A stretch of DNA of 64,000 nucleotides from a phage, in the sequence record NC_111505.1; one strand, given 5' to 3'. The notes under the pieces are model-generated. The model saw only the letters and a list, made by a program, of their open reading frames with translations. It made no database searches and was not told the origin of the DNA. Positions 34,636 through 44,091 of this stretch are shown here, in pieces (the stretch's first letter is position 1; each line of letters opens with the position of its first letter). Made by a program: the position numbers and the translations under genes.

Positions 34636-34938
34636 TTAATCGTCAAGTTCAAAATAGATTTTAACAGCTTCGTCGAAGATTGGAATCCCGATGTTGTTGA
34701 TAAGCTGCCAAACTACCATATCTTTTCCTGGATCTGGGAGAATGTCAACCTTTCTCCATGCGCTGTAGATCCAGTTTGGACCACCTTCTGCGCTAACTGG
34801 AAGATTTTCACCAGCTTCCTGCAGATACTTATACAGCAAAAGATATTCTGGGTACTCTAGAACACTATCCTCTGTGGTATACAGTAGTTCACGGTATACT
34901 TTCAGGAACCCTTCTGGTGTAATGTTTTCAGTCTTCAT
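34636..34938 (-). CDS. hypothetical protein (100 aa)
   Basis: In-frame ATG 34938 with CAGGAGAAG SD preferred over track ATG 34956. Confidence 0.55.
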   Translation of the reverse strand: MKTENITPEGFLKVYRELLYTTEDSVLEYPEYLLLYKYLQEAGENLPVSAEGGPNWIYSAWRKVDILPDPGKDMVVWQLINNIGIPIFDEAVKIYFELDD

Positions 34939-35329
34939 TTGCTGCTTCTCCTGCATTCATCAGATCTGCCATAGCGTCACCCACGAATAGGACAACCACG
35001 TCGTTGACAGCGTCAGCATCATCTTTATTAATGTTGCTGAATTTGGGGCACACTGCAATGACCATATATACCCCGTTGCCCAACTGAACAGTGCGTGTAG
35101 TGCACATCAGTGTGGTGTTTGTGCCTTCTTTAAAGGCAAATCCTTGCAGACGTTCTTCCAGAGAGTCGCCTGTTGATTTCAACAAGGCAAGATCGCCCAA
35201 TGCGTAGGTAGTGTCCTCATAGGTCAGTCCAGAGGTCAGTGTTGCCTTTCCATCAGAAACTATAATAACCCCATCGGCACCGTCAAGCTCGGAGGCTTCA
35301 AAGATATTGATATCCCAAATGTTTTTCAT
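34928..35329 (-). CDS. hypothetical protein (133 aa)
   Basis: Track start is GTG 35332; ATG 35329; ATGA overlap with upstream gene. Confidence 0.55.
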   Translation of the reverse strand: MKNIWDINIFEASELDGADGVIIVSDGKATLTSGLTYEDTTYALGDLALLKSTGDSLEERLQGFAFKEGTNTTLMCTTRTVQLGNGVYMVIAVCPKFSNINKDDADAVNDVVVLFVGDAMADLMNAGEAANED

Positions 35330-35601
35330 CACTCTGCCTCATCATCTAAGTAATCATCAAGAGAGGTGAAGATTTCACCGAAGTATTCTAAGATTTCTAG
35401 CTCGCGTGTGGTGCAGCAAACATAATCTCCCTGGTCGTCCTTGATAGTAGCCTCTTTACCCAGCACATCCACTTCAAATTCGTCGTTCAACAGGACGGCC
35501 CCTGTGTAAACTTTGTCAGCTGTGCAGTCCCGAAAAGCAGAGTCCTTTTCCAGATAGTCTGGCTTAACCTTGGCTTTAATTCGTTGATATTGTTTGGTCA
35601 T
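35329..35601 (-). CDS. small Cys-containing protein, RDCT...KDDxGD paralog (with 35665-35919)
   Basis: Track start is TTG 35661; ATG 35601 with AAAGGGGA SD aligns with the start of the paralog. Confidence 0.5.
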   Translation of the reverse strand: MTKQYQRIKAKVKPDYLEKDSAFRDCTADKVYTGAVLLNDEFEVDVLGKEATIKDDQGDYVCCTTRELEILEYFGEIFTSLDDYLDDEAE

Positions 35602-35664
35602 TGCTGTGGTCCCCTTTCGTTTTGATAGGGCCATTATATTAGGCCCCATCACTGTTGTCAAGTA

Positions 35665-35919
35665 TTAATGTTCAGGTTTTACAAAAACTACTTCATTAAC
35701 AGTGCACCAGACAGAGTCTCCTTCATCATCTTTAAAGGTAAGGCACTGGGCTGAGTTTTCCAGCTCATCAATCTCTTCTTGTGATAAAGGGGCCCCTTCT
35801 TCCAGAAGGGCTTTTACCAGAGGGTTCTCACAAAACTCTGCTTCATAAATTGCACCGACTGTGCAATCCCTCAAAGCCCGGTCATTTGCAACACATTCTG
35901 GCTTCAAAGTAATTTTCAT
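35665..35919 (-). CDS. small Cys-containing protein, RDCT...KDDEGD paralog
   Basis: ATG with TAAGGAGA SD. Confidence 0.6.
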   Translation of the reverse strand: MKITLKPECVANDRALRDCTVGAIYEAEFCENPLVKALLEEGAPLSQEEIDELENSAQCLTFKDDEGDSVWCTVNEVVFVKPEH

Positions 35920-35995
35920 CTTGGCAGTCTCCTTAGTTATTTAAAAATCAACGCTCTGTTTGTGTGAAGCATCTTATACCTAATCTTACTTCTTG

Positions 35996-36367
35996 TCAAT
36001 GACTATTTTCAATCATCCACACAGGGTCTAGGTAAATTTGTTGGCGTTTTGCCCAATGACAAACTTCATTGTACATCTGAATCTCTTTGTCCGTCAGTTC
36101 ACGAATAGGCTCATCTATACCCTCATTTTTGTGGTAATCCCATTCGGCATCGATTTCCCACAACCATGACTTACGATCTTCACGTTTACGCACACAGAAG
36201 TCCCCAGGACGGCCTGCCAGTGCATTTAAGAACTCGTTCTCCGCTCGCTCCTGGAGAATACTAAGGAGCAAAACGTTGGAGCATGACCGCAAAATATGCT
36301 TCAGCTCACAATCATCGATCTCAACTTCAATACGTTGCTTGACTGTGTGGGTACCTTTTACTAACAT
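35996..36367 (-). CDS. hypothetical protein (123 aa)
   Basis: Track start is TTG 36394; ATG 36367 with AGAGGAGG SD. Confidence 0.5.
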   Translation of the reverse strand: MLVKGTHTVKQRIEVEIDDCELKHILRSCSNVLLLSILQERAENEFLNALAGRPGDFCVRKREDRKSWLWEIDAEWDYHKNEGIDEPIRELTDKEIQMYNEVCHWAKRQQIYLDPVWMIENSH

Positions 36368-36377
36368 TCTGCCTCCT

Positions 36378-36572
36378 CTAGACAAACTCTGCAAGGGTTG
36401 TGTTGTTCACTGCACCGCAGTAGATGGAATACCCCAACCCATTATGGTGCAGAAACCACGGCACACCTTGGTCATCCTTCACGTATACATCTCCATTTTC
36501 CGTAAAGGGCCAATACTCCTCTCCGAGGGTAAAATACCTACTCATACCTTCAGCCAGATACTTTACTTTCAT
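36378..36572 (-). CDS. small protein, KDDxGxxWF paralog family
   Basis: ATG with GAAGAGGA SD; ...VKDDQGVPWFLHHNGLGYSIYCG. Confidence 0.6.
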   Translation of the reverse strand: MKVKYLAEGMSRYFTLGEEYWPFTENGDVYVKDDQGVPWFLHHNGLGYSIYCGAVNNTTLAEFV

Positions 36573-36796
36573 AGATCCTCTTCAACAGCTACAAACTTGG
36601 CAAGTAGGGTGGTTCCATAGATATGATACTCACCATTTGCCAGATGGGAGATAAACCAGGCAACACCTTCCTCGTCTTCGATCATATTGTTCCTGCGATC
36701 CTTATCGTAGTAAACCTTGTAGACCTTACCTTCTTCAAAGAATGACAGGTCTGTCATCTTTTCTTCTACAAACGTCGCTTTAACCAAAGTTGTCAT
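36569..36796 (-). CDS. small protein, KDDxGxxWF paralog family
   Basis: ATG with AAGGAGG SD; ...EDEEGVAWFISHLANGEYHIYG. Confidence 0.6.
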   Translation of the reverse strand: MTTLVKATFVEEKMTDLSFFEEGKVYKVYYDKDRRNNMIEDEEGVAWFISHLANGEYHIYGTTLLAKFVAVEEDL

Positions 36797-37077
36797 TGAT
36801 CTGCCTCCTTCTTGTTGAGCCGGAACACTGCAATAATAGCATTTCCAAGATGCAGTGTCAAATCATTTCCCAGATACCATAACATTCCACGGTCATCTTT
36901 AATGAAAGGGTAACAATCCGGTGCCTTCCAGACATTATACACTTTGCCGACCTGAAAGAAATCAGGCCCTGTTGGAATTTTAGTACCTGGCCACACTTGA
37001 GACACCTGAACGCACTCTACCTGCATAATAACAGGAATAGTCATGGAGGTAAATGTTTTTGTCGGTTCTACTACCAT
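36793..37077 (-). CDS. small protein, KDDxGxxWY paralog family
   Basis: Track start is GTG 37167; ATG 37077 with GAGAGGAGA SD; ...IKDDRGMLWYLGNDLT. Confidence 0.5.
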   Translation of the reverse strand: MVVEPTKTFTSMTIPVIMQVECVQVSQVWPGTKIPTGPDFFQVGKVYNVWKAPDCYPFIKDDRGMLWYLGNDLTLHLGNAIIAVFRLNKKEADQ

Positions 37078-37126
37078 AAAAGTCTCCTCTCTATCTAACA
37101 ACACTTCCGTGTGTTGATAGTTTACA

Positions 37127-37480
37127 TTAGTGACAATCGCCCCAGTTACGACCACACAAGTATTCACCTGTGATCTGGAACGGAACGCCCATCATTTTAG
37201 AAGCTTGCCAGAAGCAATGCACCACCATTTCACCCACAGGGCTCCAGATAAGTTCAAGCTTTCCGTCATCGTTCAGAATAGGATCGTACACCGTGTTTCC
37301 GTCTCTGTCAACCACTTCGTTTCCGTTCTCATCCTTGCGTGCCTTTTTGTACTTATGACCGTCAAACACATGAAGTTTGGCCTCCTGTTCTGCCTTAAAT
37401 GCTTCCAGTTCTTCAATTGTGTCGAAGGTGTACACAGTCTTATACTTAGGCGTGTCAGGGACTTGAAGTTGGTACTCATC
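37127..37480 (-). CDS. DNA polymerase I-family (family A), 3' exon (motif C HDE to C-terminal ...NWGDCH)
   Basis: Frame begins DEYQLQ... directly after the intron's terminal G; ends with a family-A-like C-terminus (...NWGDCH); no independent SD or ATG (track 'M' is TTG). Confidence 0.6.
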   Translation of the reverse strand, partial: DEYQLQVPDTPKYKTVYTFDTIEELEAFKAEQEAKLHVFDGHKYKKARKDENGNEVVDRDGNTVYDPILNDDGKLELIWSPVGEMVVHCFWQASKMMGVPFQITGEYLCGRNWGDCH

Positions 37481-37756
37481 CAATAGTTCAGGTAGGTCGT
37501 TAAGCTACCCCGCACCATTACGTGCATAGCCATACGTTTTCACGTAGGATCGGACCATCTCATATTCCTATGATAAGCAACCACAGGAATCCTCCCATTT
37601 CGACCGCACTTGCTGGTCTACTTCCTTTCGGAATGGCCTCTGAGCGTTCGCTCTTTTGAGCGCTTCGTTGCGGATTACCTTGCCATAAGGTTTAGGCTTC
37701 CCGCAGTTAAAGAGGTTATTCGACATAGATTACTCTATGAAGCCACAATGTTATTT
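37481..37756 (-). mobile_element. ORF-less group I intron (IA2-like) interrupting the DNA polymerase gene at motif C
   Basis: 276 nt between pol ORF stop and 3' exon; 5' exon ends ...CAU (U), intron ends ...CUAUUG (G); GUGG near intron 5' end can pair with exon CCAU (P1, G-U at splice site); 3' part ...GGGGUAGCUUAACGACCUACCUGAACUAUUG resembles the T4 td intron 3' end as I recall it. Confidence 0.65.
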
Positions 37757-40700
37757 ATGGTAATAAATAATACGACGAACACCTTCATCGTACCACCCAC
37801 GCTTCACCATTTGGTGGTGCATGAGTATCCCAACTAAGTCACACAACGATGCACCACCATTTTGTTGGTATGCATTAAGTAAAGAGTGTTTAGATCGAGT
37901 CCAGATGGCATGACCATCAAAAGAGTAGATAAACTTCTTACCTGTTGCTTCCCAGAATTTCTCCAGATCCTCTTTGCGCCCCTTAAGACCAGGGTTGGCA
38001 TCCCAAAGCGCATCGATTACCTTTTGCCCTAACTCTGGGGAGATATCCAGCATGTCTGCAACTTTATCTTTTTGTGCCCCGTACATAACACCGTACGTGA
38101 CAGGCTTACCATCGTTACGGGAAATCTCCTTGCCTGCTACAGAAGAGTAAGCTTTGGCGTTATTACAGTTACCGCACACTGCCACTTTACCATTCCTTCT
38201 CACAATGATTGCTCCAGAAGGGACGGTAACGCAATAAACCAAAGAACCACTCACCTCGACAGACTCTTTAGATAGTGTCAGCAACCCTGCTCTCTGTTTG
38301 CTACCAATCGTGATTCTGTGCTGTACGGAACGACCTTTTTTGTGAATCGCCACCGTATTATTCCGTAAACCACACTGAGTAGCCAGCGCAGACACAACCT
38401 CTACAGATTTCTTCCTGCACTCGGCCTGAGAGTAGTAGGCAACTTTTCCACCTTCGGAAGATACCCACCCGTCCCAGTTAGATAAAGAAGCTATAAACAG
38501 GTTTTTAGATTCTTTATCAAGGTCCATCAGGTTGTAGGTGAAATCCTTATTGCTGTCCAAAAACTCAAATACCCAGGACGGAACGTGGAATTGGAACCTT
38601 CTCGCCAGTAAGCCCCCTTTTGTGGTTTTCCCGCCCTGCTCTACATAACTAAGGCTTAGAGCAGAAAAAGTATCTAAAAGCGTTGCAACTTTTCTGCCCT
38701 TCCCGACCTGAATCCTGCACACGATGCTGCCGTCCTTATTTGTATGCAAGTGTCCATCATCGTGAATAGCAATAAGCAAATTAATCTGGGCAGGAGATAA
38801 GGTTGTATTCCCATAAAACTCTGCCGCATGGATAAACCTTCTTCCTGAATTAGACCCTTTACCTGCTTTCAGGTCTTTTGCCAAATCTTCAAACAATTTA
38901 TTGCTTCTGTGATCCACGGTCAGCATCCTGTGTTGATCTGTAACCATAAAATCCACACCGCTGTTGTGGAAATGATACATATCCCCACAATAACCACGCT
39001 TAACGTAATTTAATGGTGTAACAAGGTTCATCGACGAGGTGTTGTGATCGTACTGGAACACTTGTGTTCCCGGATCAAGATCTTCAAACCTCACCCACCC
39101 TTTCTCCGTGAGAATTTGTGTATCTCCTGAATAACAGTGTGCATCGCCGTTACTTACAACATCATAATACAAGCCGTTGTCGAACTCAAAGGCACCCCAA
39201 GCCCCGATAAGCTGCTCTAAGTTGGACCCGTCAATACCGATCTCAAAGTATCCTGGAGGAACGCCCCACAGACTACGCATCTCTTTACCCATAACCACTT
39301 TAGGAGATGGTTTAGGCATGTTTGCACAAATACTGTGTTTCTGTCTGGAAGTGTTTGTCAATCCAGAACTTTTAGCAGGAAGCTTGTGGTCAATCTTCAG
39401 ACGTGGATGATTAAGAAGACCAGTATCAACCTTATCCTCCTTGATTGGATCAAGTACCGATCTACGGTTTCGCAAGGATAACCACAAGACGATATCTTTA
39501 GCCATCTCTCCGTTCAACTTTTCAAGATTCGGACATAGGTGTCCAAACGTATCTTTCAGTTGCGGAGAAGTAATAAGCGCTCTGGCTTTTCTACGTATCT
39601 TCCCAAACACTTCCTTTTTAATCCTTTCTGAGTTAGGGAAGCTTCGGAACTTGTGCACGGTTGTCTGAAACTTAGCATCAGTTTTGTTCCAGAAGTTGAT
39701 AATTAGGTCACAATACTCTGACTCTAAAAGCTCGTCCATATATGCATATACTCGTGCATCAACATCAGCATCAGGCAGAGCTTTCTTCTTGCTGTCCTTG
39801 GTTACATCTTTAGTTCTCCACATTGTTGGGAGCCAACCAGCGCTGATCAAATATCGCTTAATATCGTCCTGGTTGCTGATCTTCATAGGTATCTTGCAGT
39901 CAGGCATCCGCTTCTGCTGCAGATCACTTATTGCCTGATCCATTAGTTCTTTAGGTAAAGGATGTGGTGTCGAGGTACCTTTAATATACCCCCTTAAGAA
40001 ATCAGCCATCTTATCGGGGTCTTTGCAGCCCATCTCTTCACACCATTTTATCCCCATTTTGCTGACATCTCCTGTGGAGGTAAAGGCTCGCTTAGGTGGG
40101 GCTTTGAATTCTAAAGCACTCATGTCCACAGGATAGCCAAGCTTGTCTTTTAACCATTTCCAACCGTTATTAGAGATTGTCCCATCTTGGTTAAACGGCT
40201 TTTCAGGGAACTTAGGCCGCTGAGACATTGATAGCTCTTTTAGAGGAAGTTGTGGTTCAACACGATCAGCGATCTCTTTCATCCACGCATCGCAGCGGTC
40301 ACGTAAAGCAATAGCCCCATCTATGTCGAAATACACACCCTGTCGAGCCTGCAGCTCCATCAGGAAATGCTGCAGCATGCCTCGGCGTAATGCATTCTTC
40401 CAGGTGATCTTCTTGAAGCCTTTCGGCTTCTCTTTGGCAGGATCGTACATAAAGTTCTGCATGTCAGATTTGCCGTAGAATACACCTTTTGATTCTGCTA
40501 CCAACTCCTTCCAGAGCAACTCCTGGATGATAACGTCCTCGAACACACGATCCACATACTTCCACAGCGGAAGCTCACGCCAGTCATCGATTTGAACTTT
40601 CTGGTTACCAAGGGCATAGCCCCATGCCATAAGGCCATGAGGCCCAACAGGTTGCATTTTCTTGGTAACTGGATTGAATACTGCGTCCGGACAACCTTTT

Positions 40701-41149
40701 GGCAAAGGGCGGTCAGGCCACAAGATTCGACTCATCGCCAACGTATCAAATAGATTAACTTGGTGGTCGTTGATAGTCCCCATGCATTTAGGATCACGGA
40801 ACATATCAAAATGAACACCGGATAATCTTTCCATCAGCATAAAGTCATAGCTGTAGCAGTTATGACAGTTCAAAGCCGTAGGTGACCAGTCTGAATTGCC
40901 TGTAAGCCAGCCTTCCAACTCTGAAAAATCTGCTATGCGAGCCTCAAAATCTTTATAAAGAGTTTTCTTTGCCAGAATAAAGTTCTTAGCCTTTTCTACA
41001 TCCTCTTCAGAGTAGTGTGTGCGGTCATTTAGAGGAAGGAACAGCATAAAACGGTTCTTATTCAGCTCTTTAAACAAACCGCAGTGATAATAAAGATCTG
41101 GATCTTCCAAAAGCCCGGAGGCCTCCAAGTCGAACGACCACATGCTCAT
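37757..41149 (-). CDS. DNA polymerase I-family (family A), 5' exon including 3'-5' exonuclease domain and an in-frame intein
   Basis: FDLEASGL (Exo I), motif A ...IGIDGSNLEQLI..., motif B ...KPVTYGVMYGAQ...; ATG 41149 with AGGAGA SD; ORF stops (...IIYYHK*) exactly where motif C is expected. Confidence 0.8.
38168..39136 (-). mobile_element. Intein (323 aa) with LAGLIDADG-like homing endonuclease domain, between pol motifs A and B
   Basis: Insert begins CYSGDTQIL (Hint block A), contains TDQH (block B), LLIAIHDDG and FIASLSNWDG (dodecapeptide-like), ends ...VAVCGN followed by +1 Cys; motif A and B are about 370 aa apart instead of about 45. Confidence 0.7.
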
Positions 41150-41207
41150 ATACAGTTCTCCTTAAAGGGGAGGCGGTTGTACTACCCCTCCCACTCTTGG
41201 TTAAACA

Positions 41208-43286
41208 TTAAAAAGGTGTTTCATCATCCTCAAAACCAGGGACCTGGTCAGAGGATGGATCATCGTACTGGAGGTCTTCCTGCGTGTCAACAGGCTTAAC
41301 AGTAGGAGTTACAACCTTATCAGCCACAACCTTGCCCATAGGTGTTTCTACAACTGCATGCTCCTGATCCTCAAACATAGCCTGAGGTCTCCAAACAACC
41401 TCCCCACCTTCTCCGTCTGTAAACATTTGCATTTCTTTGTCCCAGTACCAATTACTGGCATCATGGAACTTACCTGTGTGCGGGTCCATAACCAAAGTGT
41501 CAGCAATACCTAGAGTTTTTGCTGGACGGTTTTTAAGACCTACCAGACGGACACGTCCACGAGAACGATCCACCATTTCTTCGGCCTCGACACCTATGAC
41601 TACCCAACTCAACTGTTCAAGCCCCGCCGATCCTCGCAAATTCTCTTTTCGCACAGGATACCAGAAAGGTAACGGGTTACCATCCTTGTCCTTAGGAGGC
41701 ACAATCTCTGTACGTTTGAGGTGAGCGATCACCAAGATAAACACGTTAAACTGCTTACAAAACGCAGCCAGCTGAGTCATAGCCATGTCCAGTTCTTTTC
41801 GCTCATCCTTAACATTAAGCCCTGAAATTACCATGGACAGGTGATCCAGCACAATATAACGGCAATGGTACAGGCAAACCATTTGCTTAAGCTTGGTAAT
41901 CAACTCATCCACCGGAATAGACCCGAAATGTTTGAACACTTTGATTTTTCCAGCTTTTGCCCATGATTGGTGAATCTCTGCGTGTTCTTGATCAGTTAAA
42001 AACTGGCTAGGATCTTCAACAAACTCTTTAACATCAAACCCTAACTGGTTTGCATACAAGGAGTTAATTGCTTCCTCTGGGTCCTCCTCAAGATGGATCA
42101 TACATAGACGATCATCCTCTTCATAGTCATCAGCCTTCGGGCATGTCGGGTCCATTAGGTATCTTGCAATACAGTGTTCCAGTTTTTTAGCTACGGTTGT
42201 TTTACCACCACCTGATGGACCTGTAAGCATTACTAGTGTCCCTTTGTGCAAGCCTTTTAGCATTTTTTGCAGTTTTGGGAACTCTGCGCTGATATCTACC
42301 CCGTTGGAAGTCTTTTTCCGCAAAGACTCGATAGAGAAGTCTTCTAAATCCGACACCGCATCAGGCACATATTTAACAGGATGCCGGAACATGTTGACAA
42401 TATCTTCCAGCTTTTTAGCCTTCAGCATGTCTCGGATATCTTTTACACCGTCAGGGTCATTTACTTCACCAGGGTATTCTACGTGGTAAACGTTATCAGC
42501 CATCAAAAATGCTGCGATATTGTGCGTGGCCTCAACACCTTTAATGACGTGTTTTTGCTTCTCTACCTCGTTAGCTGCATCGTTATCCATTGCCAGCACA
42601 ACTGTTCCATAGCTACGGATAAACTTCTCATTGTTTGCAAAAGTATCTACTGCGTTTGCACATCCACAGTTAATTCCAACAAAAGGTAGGCAGGGTTTTC
42701 CTGCCAGATCACCACCGTTTATAACTGCGTCGATCCCGTCCTGGACCTCTTTAGCCCACTGCTTCACCTTTGCCGGGGCTTTAGCGTTGGTGAGAATCCC
42801 TTTTACCTGTATCTGATATGCAGCCTGCCATGCTGCAATAACATCGCCTTCCCCCTCACAAACGTTAATTTGCTTACGGTTGTTGGAAGATGCACACAGC
42901 TTTTGCCCAAACATCTGGGAGTTGGCCTTTACTATGCCAACAACGGAGAAATGGCCCCTTTGCTCTTTAGGAATCGTCCAGTCACGCTTTTTGAAACCGG
43001 ACAGATTTCCGTAGCGGTCGTAATATGGGAAATATGTTGCAGTGACTGTCACACCGTCTTCTTGGGATAATGCTGATCGCACACCAAAATATTGTGCAGC
43101 CATCAGACCGATATTTTGTTGTGGGACAGGGACAATTTTAGTATTTTCTAAAACAGTCTCTACAGTTTCAACTTCTTTTTCATCACGATAGTCTCGTTTC
43201 ACACTTCCCCCACTTTTATACTTAGTTGCTTTCGGGTTTGGCTCACCGAAACGGTTGTATGCAGATGCCATGAATTTACTTCCCAT
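41208..43286 (-). CDS. Primase-helicase (T7 gp4-like: Toprim primase + DnaB-family helicase)
   Basis: Toprim ...VCEGEGD... and ...MDNDAAN...; Walker A GPSGGGKTT; Walker B ...YIVLDHLS...; ATG with AAGGAG SD. Confidence 0.8.
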   Translation of the reverse strand: MGSKFMASAYNRFGEPNPKATKYKSGGSVKRDYRDEKEVETVETVLENTKIVPVPQQNIGLMAAQYFGVRSALSQEDGVTVTATYFPYYDRYGNLSGFKKRDWTIPKEQRGHFSVVGIVKANSQMFGQKLCASSNNRKQINVCEGEGDVIAAWQAAYQIQVKGILTNAKAPAKVKQWAKEVQDGIDAVINGGDLAGKPCLPFVGINCGCANAVDTFANNEKFIRSYGTVVLAMDNDAANEVEKQKHVIKGVEATHNIAAFLMADNVYHVEYPGEVNDPDGVKDIRDMLKAKKLEDIVNMFRHPVKYVPDAVSDLEDFSIESLRKKTSNGVDISAEFPKLQKMLKGLHKGTLVMLTGPSGGGKTTVAKKLEHCIARYLMDPTCPKADDYEEDDRLCMIHLEEDPEEAINSLYANQLGFDVKEFVEDPSQFLTDQEHAEIHQSWAKAGKIKVFKHFGSIPVDELITKLKQMVCLYHCRYIVLDHLSMVISGLNVKDERKELDMAMTQLAAFCKQFNVFILVIAHLKRTEIVPPKDKDGNPLPFWYPVRKENLRGSAGLEQLSWVVIGVEAEEMVDRSRGRVRLVGLKNRPAKTLGIADTLVMDPHTGKFHDASNWYWDKEMQMFTDGEGGEVVWRPQAMFEDQEHAVVETPMGKVVADKVVTPTVKPVDTQEDLQYDDPSSDQVPGFEDDETPF

Positions 43287-44040
43287 TAATTCTGCTCCTT
43301 ACTACAGGCTCGTTTGCTAAGAATACAGCTTTTGCCCAGCCACGTGGTGTGAGGCTTCGAATCATCTTCGTTCTTGCACTCTTTCCACCCAGCTTGGTGT
43401 GTTGCATGGAATACCCGCTAACCACGTCAACTATTTGCGGGACAGGTTTTGTGGCGGGAATTATAAATCCATTACCTATCCAGCCGCAAGTTATTTTTGG
43501 ATAGGCATCACGTGGGGCTATAAATTCAGGAAACCATGGGTTTACATCATCTTCTGGTAAATAACCGCCATAATCCGAAGGATGAAAACGATAATCAGGT
43601 TTACGCCACAGTGTGGACATAACCCCTACAGGGTTCTCTACATGCCACGGGCAATCATAAATCTCTCCCAACTCTTCTGCAACCCGAGCATCTTTTACAG
43701 CATTAATTTGGATCAGAGGATCCTTAGCCAGCTTTTTCTTAAAATGTGCAGCGCCTGATACCGCTAAATGCGTGCACGGAGGAAATGCAAGAATAAAGTC
43801 TGGAGCGGGGTACATGCAAAAAGTTTCCTGAGGGAACCATGGATCAATCCAATAATCCACATAGTGAATATTGGGATGATCGGTTATCACCTCTGCATAG
43901 CTACCGTGGTCAGCACCTTCTGCATTAAAGCACAGGCACAGATATCCAGCTTTTGCCCAGTCAATGACTGCACCACCAGACCCGTCAAATAGACTCCACA
44001 CAACACCTTTGTGGTGGTGTTCTTTGTAGATAAATTTCAA
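43276..44040 (-). CDS. DNA (cytosine-5)-methyltransferase-like protein
   Basis: Motif I ...LFDGSGG..., motif IV-like ...FPPC..., motif VI-like ...HVENPVG...; start placed at TTG 44040 (SD AGGAGA 7 nt upstream) because the track GTG 44070 lies inside the terminator hairpin. Confidence 0.5.
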   Translation of the reverse strand: MKFIYKEHHHKGVVWSLFDGSGGAVIDWAKAGYLCLCFNAEGADHGSYAEVITDHPNIHYVDYWIDPWFPQETFCMYPAPDFILAFPPCTHLAVSGAAHFKKKLAKDPLIQINAVKDARVAEELGEIYDCPWHVENPVGVMSTLWRKPDYRFHPSDYGGYLPEDDVNPWFPEFIAPRDAYPKITCGWIGNGFIIPATKPVPQIVDVVSGYSMQHTKLGGKSARTKMIRSLTPRGWAKAVFLANEPVVRSRINGK

Positions 44041-44053
44041 TTTGCTGTCTCCT

Positions 44054-44086
44054 GATGCAAAAAGCCCCACCCTTTCGGGCAGGGCC
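44054..44086 (-). terminator. Rho-independent terminator (- strand)
   Basis: GCCCTGCCC-GAAA-GGGTGGGGC followed by TTTTTGC; twin of 32650-32682. Confidence 0.65.
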
Positions 44087-44091
44087 TAGTG

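Noticed and set aside
37751-41149. + strand ORFs inside large - strand genes (e.g. 38072-38275, 39177-39938, 41437-41724, 42244-43070, 49155-50042, 62070-63892)
   Set aside because: Antisense shadow ORFs within well-supported genes; no SDs
41208-43286. Intein or intron in the primase-helicase or Dda-like helicase genes
   Set aside because: Both ORFs are continuous with normally spaced Toprim, Walker A and Walker B motifs; no Hint-like blocks or ORF-free gaps
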